Assembly (NCBI GenBank): GCA_965372145.1
Contig: CBDVBE010000001.1
Coordinates: 1-55,106 of the forward strand
Direction of reading: 5' to 3'
Source: an uncultured bacterium
GTDB taxonomy: Bacteria > Fibrobacterota > Chitinivibrionia > Chitinivibrionales > JANQEN01
DNA length: 55,106 bases
Position numbers and translations under genes: made by a program. Of the stretch, positions 1 through 10,120 are shown in pieces; position 1 is the stretch's first letter, and every line of letters starts with the position of its first letter. Below the pieces are notes generated by a model, which did no database searches, had not been told where the DNA came from, and worked only from the letters and a program-made list of their open reading frames with translations.

Positions 1-421
1 AATACCTTTACGAAATATTTTTCTATCAATAAAGCTGATACCTTGTGCCCAAAACGCACATGGTGCCCTTCAGGGTAGAAAATTATTTCTAAGGTATTAA
101 TGTTTTACACGACATGTTTATCCTAACATCTTTACTTATAAATAATTAGAAATAACCTTCGGGTAAGATTTTATCATTCAATTTTCTTAAGACAATAGAA
201 TTTAGCATAAACCTTATTTATATAATAAGAAATGAGAATTTAAAGAAAAGTCTTTTCTAAATCAATATTTTATCGTATACTACAATTTAAGATTGTTGCG
301 TTTTTCATACGCCAAATTGTTTTTATGGATTATGGTTTTTAGTGGTAAGAACCTCAAGTCTTTATTTTGTCTTCACTTACGCTCTTTTTCCGGGAGTATG
401 TGATTTCTGAAGGAACGGATA

Positions 422-1021
422 GTGAGTTATCGAATTATTACCTGTGAAGAATCTGAAATAATCAGTGAAGATATATGGGAAGTCTGTAATAACAAGTGCA
501 ACGATGCATTGTCGGCAGATGAAATCCATATTGCTGTTCAATTGAGGCCTGAAATGGGTGGTGGTGTTCCATTACTGGATTGGATTGCTAAGTGGCGGGA
601 GAATTTTTTACATGAGGGGAAGACGTTATATATCATCTCTGATGATCCCCAGCAGCAGGAATCAATGGAGCTTTCGCATCCGGATCAGAATCTTGTCTTT
701 GTAACATCAGTAAAAGAATTTAAAGATCAGATGCGCCTTGTTTCTCCAGAGGTTACTGAGGAAAAGAAGGTAGCAGTTGAGGACACGGAAGAAAAAGAGG
801 TGATTGATTCAACCGGTAGTCAAACACCGGTTTCTATTGAAGACCAGAAACAGGCGGTGTTTATGGCCGTCGGCGAAATAGTAGAAATTGCCGGTGAATA
901 TATCTGTCAGAGTTGTGGTTCCACACGAATGTGGATGAAGGGCAAAACCGTTACCGGTTGTCAGAATCCGGAATGCTTTGACCCATCAAAAGGGTGGAAA
1001 TTAGATTTCGATTTGTTTTAG
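422..1021 (+). CDS. hypothetical protein with C-terminal 4-Cys zinc ribbon; N-terminal half possibly STAS-like (tentative)
   Basis: 199-aa ORF with GTG start. C-terminal CxxC-(14)-CxxxxC motif (CQSCGSTRMWMKGKTVTGCQNPEC) after an acidic linker. The N-terminal ~100 aa show an alternating beta/alpha-like pattern, but the fold cannot be confirmed by eye. The stop is 18 nt before the next start. Confidence 0.5.
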   Translation: MSYRIITCEESEIISEDIWEVCNNKCNDALSADEIHIAVQLRPEMGGGVPLLDWIAKWRENFLHEGKTLYIISDDPQQQESMELSHPDQNLVFVTSVKEFKDQMRLVSPEVTEEKKVAVEDTEEKEVIDSTGSQTPVSIEDQKQAVFMAVGEIVEIAGEYICQSCGSTRMWMKGKTVTGCQNPECFDPSKGWKLDFDLF

Positions 1022-1039
1022 GATAGTTGTGGAAATTAT

Positions 1040-1957
1040 ATGGATTGGGGAAATAAAGTTGTTATATCTATAGGCGGTGGCAAGGGTGGTATCGGTAAAA
1101 GCTCATTTGCCGGTAACCTGGCGATCGCAATGGTACAGGCCGGCAAACGTGTCGTCGTAGTCGATGCTGATCTTGGTGCTGCCAACCTGCATACCATTAT
1201 AGGTATTGCTCGTCCGCAGAAAACCTTAAAGGATTTTATTAACAGGCGGTGTGACTCAATTAATGATGTCCTGGTTGATTCTCCCTATCCCAATCTAAAA
1301 CTTATTAGTTCTGCAAGTGATGTTCTTTCGCTTTCATACCCGACATACAAAGATAGACAGAGACTGTTTAACGAAATTAAAAGACTTGATACGGATATAA
1401 TCCTGTTTGATATTGCAGCAGGTACCCATCAACGGGCCATAGATTTTTTTACCCTTGCCCCCATTGGTATCATTCTCATCCAGCCAATCCCGACTTCTCT
1501 GGAAAATGCATTCAGTTTTCTTAAAAATCTGCTGGTACGACATTTAATTCGGGTTTTTTATGCTGATAAAGAGACCCGTTCATTTATCTTACAGGCAAGC
1601 GATCCGCATAATACAGAGCATGCAATCGAGTTAAGCGAACTGATACGGTCGCTCGAATCAAAGGCTCCCGAAAAGATCGCGCTTTTCAAACGGCAACTCC
1701 TTGAAACGGGAAGTAAGTTTTGCATCGTGTCAAATAGTATAAAGACTACCGGACAATCAATTGTGTCTGAAAAATTTGCAAAAATAGTAAAACGGTATCT
1801 AACATTAAATGTTTCTGTATTAGGAAATCTTCCTTTTGAAATATTCATGGATCGTGCAATTTCGGAACGAACACCTTTTATGGTGAAGTATCCTGAGAGT
1901 GAATATTCAAATGCAATGAAAAATATAATGAAGAAGATTGTACCCAATGCAGAATAA
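1040..1957 (+). CDS. MinD/ParA/FlhG-family P-loop ATPase
   Basis: 305-aa ORF. Deviant Walker A GGGKGGIGKSS, followed by VVVVDADLGAANL and IILFDIAAG (Walker B-like). These are hallmarks of SIMIBI MinD/ParA ATPases. Confidence 0.85.
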   Translation: MDWGNKVVISIGGGKGGIGKSSFAGNLAIAMVQAGKRVVVVDADLGAANLHTIIGIARPQKTLKDFINRRCDSINDVLVDSPYPNLKLISSASDVLSLSYPTYKDRQRLFNEIKRLDTDIILFDIAAGTHQRAIDFFTLAPIGIILIQPIPTSLENAFSFLKNLLVRHLIRVFYADKETRSFILQASDPHNTEHAIELSELIRSLESKAPEKIALFKRQLLETGSKFCIVSNSIKTTGQSIVSEKFAKIVKRYLTLNVSVLGNLPFEIFMDRAISERTPFMVKYPESEYSNAMKNIMKKIVPNAE

Positions 1958-1968
1958 TACCCCTTCGT

Positions 1969-2283
1969 TTGAAACAAGCGCCAATGAGTCAGAATAATTT
2001 TGTCATTCAGGATGTTGTCGAGCATGTGTATCGGGAGAGTGATTACCGTACGCCAAGGGCTATTCAGCATGCACTGAAGAAAATGGTTGCGAAACTCTGG
2101 ATTTTTTTACTCATCATAGGACTGTCGGCAGGAATCGGATACGTCGCCGTGTATCTTCCGGATTCTATTGAGAAGCAGAAAGAATCTTTGGGAACAGGAG
2201 CAATACCGGGAATGCCGGAAGGACTGGACCGCCTGTCAGATGACCAGAAACGGCAATTAATGAAACAGATGGGAGGGCAATAA
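1969..2283 (+). CDS. small single-pass membrane protein, unknown function
   Basis: 104-aa ORF with TTG start at 1969 (alternative ATG at 1984). One hydrophobic helix (LWIFLLIIGLSAGIGYVAVYL). Tightly packed between flanking genes. Confidence 0.45.
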   Translation: MKQAPMSQNNFVIQDVVEHVYRESDYRTPRAIQHALKKMVAKLWIFLLIIGLSAGIGYVAVYLPDSIEKQKESLGTGAIPGMPEGLDRLSDDQKRQLMKQMGGQ

Positions 2284-2286
2284 TAC

Positions 2287-3219
2287 ATGATTTCCACTGC
2301 CTTTCTCTTTATCTCAATTCTGTTTTTTCTCCTCCTTGCCGGGTTATTTATACTTCTTAATGTTATTAAGGCACAAAGGGTCATGGCGTATAACCGAAAG
2401 GGTATTCAGTATAAGAACTGGGGGATGTGGGATGACTCAGTTCGCTCTTTTCAAAAGGCGCTCGATATGGATACGGGGCATGCACTCTCACACTACAACC
2501 TTGGTTTTGTGCTCTATTTTGGGAAAGATTTAACGGATGCCGCTATCCTTGAGTTTGAAAAAGCTATTGCAAAAGATGGGAAAATGGCGTCTGCCTATTA
2601 TGCACTTGGCCATGCTCTATTTCACGGTAAAGGGGAACTGGAGAGAGCGATGACCAGCCTGGAGAAATCAATACGGATTGACCCATCACTCGCCCAGGCC
2701 TATAATACCATGGGATTGATTGAGATCAAGCTGGAAGATTGGAAAAAGGCCATAGAATTTTTTCGGATGGCAGTCACCATAAATGATACGTTTGAATCAG
2801 CATACTGTAATCTCTCTATAGCGTTAGTCTATCAGGGGAAAAACACCGAGGCCCTGGAAAGTGCCCGGAAATATACGACTCTTAATCCACATTCAGTGTT
2901 AGCACAAAACAACCTGGGTAATATCTATGGCGCTTGTGGTATGAAAGAAGATGCAATTGAGGCACTGAAGATTTCTGTGAAGCTTAACCCGGATGATTGG
3001 AATGTCTATTTCTGGCTTGGGTGCTTGAGACTGCAGTGTAAAGAATATAAACAGGCAATTGCTTCTTTTCATGCAACGTTGCGATTAAGAGGTGATTTTG
3101 CTTTGGCCCATTACAATTTAGCACTCTGCTATGAGCAGGATGGGAATAAAGCCTTCGCTAAAAAGCATATTGATCGGGCGATCGAACTTAACCCTGCATT
3201 AGGTGAGAACCTCATCTAG
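2287..3219 (+). CDS. TPR-repeat protein with N-terminal membrane anchor
   Basis: 310-aa ORF. N-terminal hydrophobic helix, then about 7 repeats of the 34-aa TPR pattern (W/Y..A...F.KAL..DP....A..NLG). Confidence 0.8.
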   Translation: MISTAFLFISILFFLLLAGLFILLNVIKAQRVMAYNRKGIQYKNWGMWDDSVRSFQKALDMDTGHALSHYNLGFVLYFGKDLTDAAILEFEKAIAKDGKMASAYYALGHALFHGKGELERAMTSLEKSIRIDPSLAQAYNTMGLIEIKLEDWKKAIEFFRMAVTINDTFESAYCNLSIALVYQGKNTEALESARKYTTLNPHSVLAQNNLGNIYGACGMKEDAIEALKISVKLNPDDWNVYFWLGCLRLQCKEYKQAIASFHATLRLRGDFALAHYNLALCYEQDGNKAFAKKHIDRAIELNPALGENLI

Positions 3220-3229
3220 GAGGTATGTC

Positions 3230-3700
3230 GTGGCGGTATTGGATGTTCTAAGAAACGTCGAGCTTTTCAAAGGGCTTAATGAGGATGAGTTACATGGAAT
3301 TGCTGCATTAGGCTCGTTAAAATCATTTACAAAAGGTGATGTTATATTTGAGGAGGATGCGGACGGCAGAGAATTTTATATGGTAACCCGCGGTTGTGTT
3401 GCTATCAATAAAAATGTCGCCGGCGGCAGAAAGAGGAATTTAAGCAACCTGCGGCAGGGTGATATTTTTGGTGAGATTGCACTCTTTGATTCACAACCGC
3501 GCAGTGCCGATGCTGAAGCTGTTGAAGACTCTGAAGTGGTTATCTTTTCAAATGAAAAGTTTAAGGCATTATTAAAAAAGAATCTTGTGATTGCTTTTAT
3601 TATTCAGACACGGATTATTCGTGTCCTCTGCAAACGATTACGTGATACCGATGAAATGCTCAAGGAAGGGGTTATCTGGGGTTTTAAGATGGATGTTTAG
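3230..3700 (+). CDS. stand-alone cyclic-nucleotide-binding (CAP-effector type) domain protein
   Basis: The ORF track opens at 3203. An in-frame GTG at 3230 lies 6 nt after AGGAGG (3218-3223), so I use it as the start. Motifs LFKGL...FGEIALFD...RSADAEA are typical of cNMP-binding beta-barrels. No HTH or other output domain follows. Confidence 0.75.
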   Translation: MAVLDVLRNVELFKGLNEDELHGIAALGSLKSFTKGDVIFEEDADGREFYMVTRGCVAINKNVAGGRKRNLSNLRQGDIFGEIALFDSQPRSADAEAVEDSEVVIFSNEKFKALLKKNLVIAFIIQTRIIRVLCKRLRDTDEMLKEGVIWGFKMDV

Positions 3701-3907
3701 TTTCTTGACGTGATGAGAGCCCTTTTTGTGCCGGTGTTTATTGATTACTATGTACTATGTTTCCACTGGAGAGTATACGATCGAAGTTATTTTCAAGAGT
3801 TGTAGATGGTGAGGATGCAGCCCATGACCGCTATTCAGTTGGGTTTTTACGGAAACAGGGCATTATTATTATAGATGTAAGTAACTGATTTTACATAGAG
3901 GTGTTAT

Positions 3908-4546
3908 ATGAATAGGGTAGAACAGTTTTTTGATAGATACGCATATGATTTTGATGCAATATATGGAACAAGTCAATCATTTTTAAATAGAATATTGAAT
4001 CCCATTTTACGTAAAAGCATGCGTACGAGATATGAAAAAACACTTCTCTATAGCCAGCCGGTCAAAGGCAAAACCGCTCTTGATATTGGTTGCGGCCCGG
4101 GGCATTATTCAATCGCTTTTGCTGAGAATGGCGCTGAGAAGGTAGTTGGTATTGATTTCTCAGAGGAAATGATAAAAATAGCAAAGGAACGAGTTGCCAC
4201 CTTAGGGCTTTCTGACAAGTGTCAATTTATTGTTGAAGATATCTTTACTTATGCTTCATCAGAAAAGTTTGATTTTTCTATTGTAATGGGAGTAATGGAT
4301 TATATCACTGTTCCTGGAAAAATGATTGAGAAGGTGATACGTCTCACTAAACAAAAAGCGTATTTTAGTTTTCCTTCCTCAGGAGGCCTCCTGGCACTTC
4401 ATAGAAGGGTCCGATATATTAAAAGATGCCCACTATATATGTACAATCAAAAACAATTGACGACAGTATTCAATAAATTTTTACCCAATGAGTATAAGAT
4501 AGAAAAGATAAATCGTGATTATTTTGTAACAGTGAGTATCAAATAA
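3908..4546 (+). CDS. class I SAM-dependent methyltransferase
   Basis: 212-aa ORF. Motif [13 protein letters not shown] and an acidic post-I residue (GIDFSEEM). GAGGTG lies upstream of the ATG. Confidence 0.85.
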   Translation: MNRVEQFFDRYAYDFDAIYGTSQSFLNRILNPILRKSMRTRYEKTLLYSQPVKGKTALDIGCGPGHYSIAFAENGAEKVVGIDFSEEMIKIAKERVATLGLSDKCQFIVEDIFTYASSEKFDFSIVMGVMDYITVPGKMIEKVIRLTKQKAYFSFPSSGGLLALHRRVRYIKRCPLYMYNQKQLTTVFNKFLPNEYKIEKINRDYFVTVSIK

Positions 4547-4555
4547 GCAGGTGTA

Positions 4556-5392
4556 ATGAAAAATATATTAACGGTAGATGTTGAAGATTGGTTTCACCTT
4601 TGTGAAGTAAGCTCAACGCCGGATGTAAAAGAGTGGAATAAATTAGAATCACGGGTAAAAAAGAATTTTTATACTTTTCTTGATGAATTTGATCGCACTG
4701 GGACAAAAGTCACGTGTTTTTTTTTAGGCTGGGTAGCAGAGCGTTTTCCTGAGATAGTTAGTGAAGCGAGTGAAAGAGGCCATGAAATAGCCTCGCATGG
4801 TTATTCACACCGGCTTATTTATACACAAAGCAGACAGGAATTCGCTGAAGATATAATTAAAACAAAAAAATTGCTGGAGGATATTGCAGGACAGGAAGTA
4901 ATTGGTTATAGGGCACCGGGTTTTTCGATAACCAAAAACACCATATGGGCTTTGGATGAATTGATACAAGCAGGATACAAATACGATTCTTCCGTTTTTC
5001 CTGGCCCACGTGGTCATGGAGGGATAAGCGATGCGAAAATATTTCCCCATGAAATCGAAACAGATACCGGTACCATTAGAGAATTTCCACTTTCTGTTGC
5101 TGTTCTATTTAAAATGCGTATTTGTTTTTTTGGCGGTGGGTATTTAAGATTGTTCCCATACTCTATTATTCGGTATATGTCTGAACGCGTAAATAAAGAA
5201 AATCGTCCGGTGATTTATTATGTTCATCCACGAGAGATTGACCCGGATCATCCAAGGTTACCAATGAGATGGAAGCGTCAGTTTCAATCCTATATCAATC
5301 TGAAATCAACACTGCCTAAGATAAATAAATTATGTGGTGAACAACAATTAACTTCGTTTAAAAATTGGATAGCTGAATATAATAGCGAATAG
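4556..5392 (+). CDS. polysaccharide deacetylase (CE4), resembling the subfamily found in exosortase/PEP-CTERM EPS loci
   Basis: 278-aa ORF. N-terminal LTVDVEDWFH, then ASHGYSH and YRAPGFS motifs of the NodB/CE4 fold. The N-terminal DVEDWF signature is typical of the EPS-locus subfamily. Assignment is from memory, not searched. Confidence 0.8.
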   Translation: MKNILTVDVEDWFHLCEVSSTPDVKEWNKLESRVKKNFYTFLDEFDRTGTKVTCFFLGWVAERFPEIVSEASERGHEIASHGYSHRLIYTQSRQEFAEDIIKTKKLLEDIAGQEVIGYRAPGFSITKNTIWALDELIQAGYKYDSSVFPGPRGHGGISDAKIFPHEIETDTGTIREFPLSVAVLFKMRICFFGGGYLRLFPYSIIRYMSERVNKENRPVIYYVHPREIDPDHPRLPMRWKRQFQSYINLKSTLPKINKLCGEQQLTSFKNWIAEYNSE

Positions 5393-5612
5393 GATCGGAT
5401 AAGGTCATTCTCAATATAATTCTTAAACCCTTACGATTCTTTCCCTGTATATACCTTCTCAATGCAACTGACCCTTCACTTGCACAATAAATAATAGTAA
5501 ACTTATAGTAATCCTGAAATTGGGGAGCATGATAATCCATGACGTATCGATAAGCCCTAATAATAGTATTTTTTTACCCAGGATATATGATTTTATAAAA
5601 AGGTAAGGTGCA

Positions 5613-6929
5613 ATGTCAACTAAAGGAAGGTTTGTTAAAAACACACTCTCCCTGATGGGTTCACAGGTTGTTATTAAAGCCTTATCATTTGTACTCGGTA
5701 TATTTCTGGCGCGTTACCTTGGGGCGACAGATTATGGAAAATACTCGTTTGGCTATAAATATTTAGCCATTTTTGCACCAATTGCCGGTTTGGGACTTGG
5801 TCAACTTGTTGTACGGGAAGGGGCGAGAAGGAAAGAAGAGTTGCCGGTTCTGGTGGGAACATCGATGGTGTTACGATTTATCTCATCAGTGTGCATGGTT
5901 GCGCTTGCATATATCATTCTTCAATTCATTACTACCACCGATGAGGCTAAAATCGTAGTCTATGTTTTTGGCATTGGATTTATTCTTGAACATCTCTATG
6001 GCTCTGTAAACCTGGCCCTGGCCGCGCGTGAGCGATTTGATGTCTATGCTGTTGTGCAATTTTTAGAGAGAGTTATTAGTTTCGGATTGATAGTAGCAAT
6101 ACTGCTTTTTGGCTATCGCCTTATCATGGTTTCTCTTATTCGTCCTGTTACTGCCCTTATTATACTTCTGATGAGTATAGGAATTGTTTGTATAAAGATT
6201 TTAAAATCCAGTCTTCGTGTTAATCTTCGCGCAGCACCTTTGTATTTAAAAGAGAGTTGGCCATTTGTTGCAGATTTGCTGTTTGTGAATATGTGTTTGA
6301 ATGTTGACAGCGTGATGCTTCAAGCAATGAAAGGCGCAACTACCGTTGGGTGGTACGCTATCGCCGCAGGATTGCTGGGGGTATGCATGCCTTTGCAAAT
6401 GGTAGTCATTTCAACGGTGTATCCAATATTTGCACGGACATTTATTAATGATCAAAGCACTTTTTCGTTGTACTTTGAAAGGATTTCACGATACCTGTTG
6501 TCAACTGGCATAGCGGTTTCGATTGCTCTATCATTTTTTGCTGCACCTTTGGTCTCTTTACTCTATGGCAAAGAATTCAGTCAGTCAATTGCACTGCTGC
6601 GGATAATGATTTGGGCATTGCCCCTCATGTCATTCAGTTCATTGGCACGGGCAGCATTGATGAGCTGCAATCTGCAGAGAATCCCTATGTGGATAGGTGG
6701 AGGTACTGTGCTTGTAAATGTTGCTTTGAATTCTTGCCTGATCCCATTCTATGGTGGTCATGGCGCAGCATTAGCTACAATTTTTACACAGCTTGTGGGG
6801 TGTGTAATACTTGCTATTGTTATTATTAAAAAGACACCCTGGGTAAATGTTGGAAAAAGTATGCTCCCTTTGAGCGTTGAAGATTTCCGTGTAATAAAAG
6901 AGTTGATTTTAAAAAGAGAGAAGCAATGA
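5613..6929 (+). CDS. Wzx-like oligosaccharide flippase (MOP superfamily polysaccharide biosynthesis protein)
   Basis: 438-aa ORF with about 12 hydrophobic segments. The N-terminus KNTLSLMGSQVVIKALSFVLGIFLARYLG is typical of this family. Confidence 0.8.
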   Translation: MSTKGRFVKNTLSLMGSQVVIKALSFVLGIFLARYLGATDYGKYSFGYKYLAIFAPIAGLGLGQLVVREGARRKEELPVLVGTSMVLRFISSVCMVALAYIILQFITTTDEAKIVVYVFGIGFILEHLYGSVNLALAARERFDVYAVVQFLERVISFGLIVAILLFGYRLIMVSLIRPVTALIILLMSIGIVCIKILKSSLRVNLRAAPLYLKESWPFVADLLFVNMCLNVDSVMLQAMKGATTVGWYAIAAGLLGVCMPLQMVVISTVYPIFARTFINDQSTFSLYFERISRYLLSTGIAVSIALSFFAAPLVSLLYGKEFSQSIALLRIMIWALPLMSFSSLARAALMSCNLQRIPMWIGGGTVLVNVALNSCLIPFYGGHGAALATIFTQLVGCVILAIVIIKKTPWVNVGKSMLPLSVEDFRVIKELILKREKQ

Positions 6930-6930
6930 A

Positions 6931-7989
6931 ATGAAGGTTTTATTGGCCGCGCCGCAATCAAATGATACCATATTGGGGACTATCGGCAATCACTGTGTGC
7001 TGGCGTTATCCAGACTTGGCCATAGTGTTACTGCCTTTGACTTTAGACAAAGTCAATATCTGCAAAGTTCAGCAGGTTCAGTTGTTAAAAAGATTGCAAA
7101 AAAGGTACTCGGCAATATGCAATGGCGGCGATATTTTACCAAGTCATTAGAAAAAGACAAGATGAATCATAGATTGATCGAAGTGGCTAAAGAATGCCGT
7201 CCGGATGTTATGCTGGTATTACTGGGAGATACCATTTCCGGTGAAACTATGAAGGAGATTAAACAACTGGGAATCGTAACAGCCAATTGGTTCCATGATA
7301 CTGTTCTCGCACCCCAACGAAAAGAGTTTGTCAAGCTTAATTCCTCATACTATGATTACTTCTTTACGGTAGACTCAGAAAAAATATTAAAGCATAATGA
7401 AATAAATTCGCGTTACGTTACCACAATCCCCCTTGCATGTAACCCGGAAGTTCATAAAAAGGTCACTATTACAGAAGAGGAAGAGAGAAAATACCGGAGC
7501 AAGGTCTCTTTTATCGGAACGGTTAAATTTGAACGGGGAGCAGTACTCAGTCGATTGACGGAGTATGATTTAGGTGTCTGGGGGTATTGGATTGAAAAGA
7601 ACCCATTGCTTGAGGGTTGTTATCGCGGTAAGCATATCTTCGGTGAGGAAGCTGTTAAAATATATAATGCATCGGATATTGTTCTTGATATTAATGAAGG
7701 AAACGAGCACCGGTCTTTCTATGTAACACCACGTGTTTTTGAAGTGCCGGCATCCGGTGCATTTCTCCTGACAAGCAACGATGCCTATCTTTCTGACCTG
7801 TATGAAATAGGGAAAGAGATTATATGCTATAACAATGTCGATGAATTAACTGATCTGGTACGCTATTATTTAGAGCACCAAGAGGAACGAAAAGAAATAG
7901 CTAAAAGAGGACAGCAAAGAGCTTATCGTGAACATACATATGAAAACAGAATAAAAAAAATAATTTCAATTATAGAAAAAAACGGTTGA
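6931..7989 (+). CDS. CgeB-like / DUF3880-type glycosyltransferase (GT1-fold)
   Basis: 352-aa ORF. The C-terminal half (YNASDIVLDIN, FEVPASGAFLLTSN, YYLEHQEERKEIAKRGQQRAYREHTYENR) resembles the CgeB spore-maturation/glycosyltransferase family. It starts 1 nt after the flippase stop. Confidence 0.65.
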   Translation: MKVLLAAPQSNDTILGTIGNHCVLALSRLGHSVTAFDFRQSQYLQSSAGSVVKKIAKKVLGNMQWRRYFTKSLEKDKMNHRLIEVAKECRPDVMLVLLGDTISGETMKEIKQLGIVTANWFHDTVLAPQRKEFVKLNSSYYDYFFTVDSEKILKHNEINSRYVTTIPLACNPEVHKKVTITEEEERKYRSKVSFIGTVKFERGAVLSRLTEYDLGVWGYWIEKNPLLEGCYRGKHIFGEEAVKIYNASDIVLDINEGNEHRSFYVTPRVFEVPASGAFLLTSNDAYLSDLYEIGKEIICYNNVDELTDLVRYYLEHQEERKEIAKRGQQRAYREHTYENRIKKIISIIEKNG

Positions 7990-8012
7990 TATGCTTTGCA
8001 TATCAACATTTT
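7985..8012 (+). terminator. hairpin overlapping the stop codon, candidate intrinsic terminator
   Basis: GTTGATATGC-ttt-GCATATCAAC forms a perfect 10-bp stem at 7985-8007, followed by ATTTTA. The U-tract is weak. Confidence 0.4.
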
Positions 8013-8137
8013 ACCATGATAGTGCAGCTTGCCTGGTAAAGGAGAGTGATAGTATTATGGCTGCACTAATAAAGATTTACCTGTAAAAACATGATTTTGG
8101 TTATCTTAAAAAATGCTGTATGATTAAGTAGGAAAAA

Positions 8138-9106
8138 ATGGATAATAAAAAAATGGATGACAAATTGGAGTGGGTTTTATGTGATTTTTGCGGTGAAAAA
8201 GATTTTAAACATCTTTTTAATGGAAGCGATTACCTGTCATTTTCTCCATTAACCTTTGAGTTGAAAATGTGCAATAGGTGTGGTTTGGTAAATTTAAATC
8301 CCAGGCCGGAAAATATCGCTGGTTATTATGGTACATATCGAAAAGGGTCTACTAAAAAAGATATTTTTGAATTTTTAGCTCCAAATAGAATAAAGAAAAT
8401 AAAGGAATTTCAAAAAAGTGGAAGAGTGCTGGATGTCGGTTGTGGTCAAGGTGGTTTTTTAAACACTATGTTAAAAGATGGTTGGGAAATATATGGGGTT
8501 GAACTATCCAAAGATGCCTGTGATTTTGCTCAAGAAACGTTTGGACTTAAAGAGATATATAATTGTGATCTTCTTTCTTTGGACTTCCCTGATAATTTTT
8601 TTGATATAATCACGTTATGGCATGTTTTAGAACATTTAGGCAAACCTCTCGATACCTTGAAAAAGATTAATAGAATGTTGAAAGAAGACGGTTTGTTAAT
8701 TATTGAATCACCTGATTTTTACAGTATCCAGAGTAGATTTTTTAAAGACAAATGGTTTAACCTGGATTTACCCCGACACCTATATCAATTTTCTCCAAAG
8801 ATGGTACAAAAGTATTTAGAGAAAACAAACTTTAAAATTATAAAAAGAGATTATATCGTAAACCCTCGCATTAATTTTATTTCATTTAAAATGAGTTTAC
8901 TAAGATGGTTAGGTGTTCACCGAGCACCAAAAATAGAAGAAAATGATACATTACCTACGGATGTTAATTTCCGTAAGGATCAAATTGTAAGAAGACTTTT
9001 TCGTTTTTCAATAAACATTTTTTGTTTATTGTTAGCAATATTTTTGAATTTGATACATTGTGATGATTCATTTCGGGTTTATTGTAAAAAGAACAATTTG
9101 CTATAA
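8138..9106 (+). CDS. class I SAM-dependent methyltransferase with N-terminal zinc-ribbon
   Basis: 322-aa ORF. CDFCG...CNRCG pair, motif I VLDVGCGQGGF, WHVLEHL and a hydrophobic C-terminal tail. Confidence 0.8.
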   Translation: MDNKKMDDKLEWVLCDFCGEKDFKHLFNGSDYLSFSPLTFELKMCNRCGLVNLNPRPENIAGYYGTYRKGSTKKDIFEFLAPNRIKKIKEFQKSGRVLDVGCGQGGFLNTMLKDGWEIYGVELSKDACDFAQETFGLKEIYNCDLLSLDFPDNFFDIITLWHVLEHLGKPLDTLKKINRMLKEDGLLIIESPDFYSIQSRFFKDKWFNLDLPRHLYQFSPKMVQKYLEKTNFKIIKRDYIVNPRINFISFKMSLLRWLGVHRAPKIEENDTLPTDVNFRKDQIVRRLFRFSINIFCLLLAIFLNLIHCDDSFRVYCKKNNLL

Positions 9107-9109
9107 GTT

Positions 9110-10051
9110 ATGGAAAAAGAAAACCTAAGTATTGTTATTCCAACGTATAATGGTAAAGAGCTTTTAAAAAAATATTTACCTTCTGTCATAAATGCCTGCA
9201 AACATTATTCTATTGAAAAAACAGAAATGCTGGTTGTTGATGATGCAAGTAAAGATGGAACCGTTGATTACGTAAAATCGAATTTTCCGACTGTTATAGT
9301 AATTGAACAGCAGGTTAATAAGGGATTTTCCGATACCGCGAATCGGGGGATTTTTTCGGCTAAAAACCGGATAGTAGTCCTCCTTAACAGCGACGTACAT
9401 ATCTCTGAAGATTTTTTGCACTATATACCTCGCCATTTTAAACATGATGATATTTTCGCTGTTGGCCCAGGATTAAAGCAAAATAGTAATGACAAAACGG
9501 TTATTACAAATCCAAGAATAGGTGGAGGATTCAAAGGAGGGTTTTTCAATGTGCCCATGGAAAAAAAAGGTACACTCGATATAGCATTCTTTGCCGGGGG
9601 TGGGGCAGCCGCCTTTGATAAAGAAAAATTTGTACAGCTTGGCGGTTTTGATGAGCTCTTCTCTCCTTTTTATTATGAAGATGTCGATCTTTCATATAGG
9701 GCATGGAAACGGGGATGGAAGATTGTATATGAACCGGAAAGTCAGGCCTATCACCAATCCGGAGCTACTATTAAAAAAACATCTACGCCTTTACGGGTGC
9801 AGGCAATTGCAGAGCGGAACAGATATTTTTTAGTATGGAAAAATATTATTGATCGGAGATTGCTGTTCCAGCATATTGTGTTTATACCGGTGAGGCTTGG
9901 AACATCTCTGTTAAAAGGGAGAATTGCTTATATAGCTGGATTTTTTTGTGCTTTAAGACAGTTAAATGGAATAGTTAAAAAAAGACAAGATGAAAAGGAA
10001 TTTTTACAAAGAAGCGATCAGGAAGTTTTTCATCTTTTTAGGGGAAATTAA
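9110..10051 (+). CDS. family 2 glycosyltransferase
   Basis: 313-aa ORF. LSIVIPTYNGKELL, VVDDASKDGT, LNSDV and YYEDVDLSYR motifs of GT-A/GT2 enzymes. Confidence 0.85.
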   Translation: MEKENLSIVIPTYNGKELLKKYLPSVINACKHYSIEKTEMLVVDDASKDGTVDYVKSNFPTVIVIEQQVNKGFSDTANRGIFSAKNRIVVLLNSDVHISEDFLHYIPRHFKHDDIFAVGPGLKQNSNDKTVITNPRIGGGFKGGFFNVPMEKKGTLDIAFFAGGGAAAFDKEKFVQLGGFDELFSPFYYEDVDLSYRAWKRGWKIVYEPESQAYHQSGATIKKTSTPLRVQAIAERNRYFLVWKNIIDRRLLFQHIVFIPVRLGTSLLKGRIAYIAGFFCALRQLNGIVKKRQDEKEFLQRSDQEVFHLFRGN

Positions 10052-10120
10052 AGAACGAAGAAGGAAAGACTGGTGTAAGAATAATAATGGTCTGATTGAT
10101 ACTTTTTGCGGAGAATCAGT

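Noticed and set aside
1558-2070. 170-aa minus-strand ORF overlapping the MinD-like gene
   Set aside because: It is antisense to a gene with strong Walker motifs, has no motifs or RBS, and would disrupt the tight plus-strand operon.
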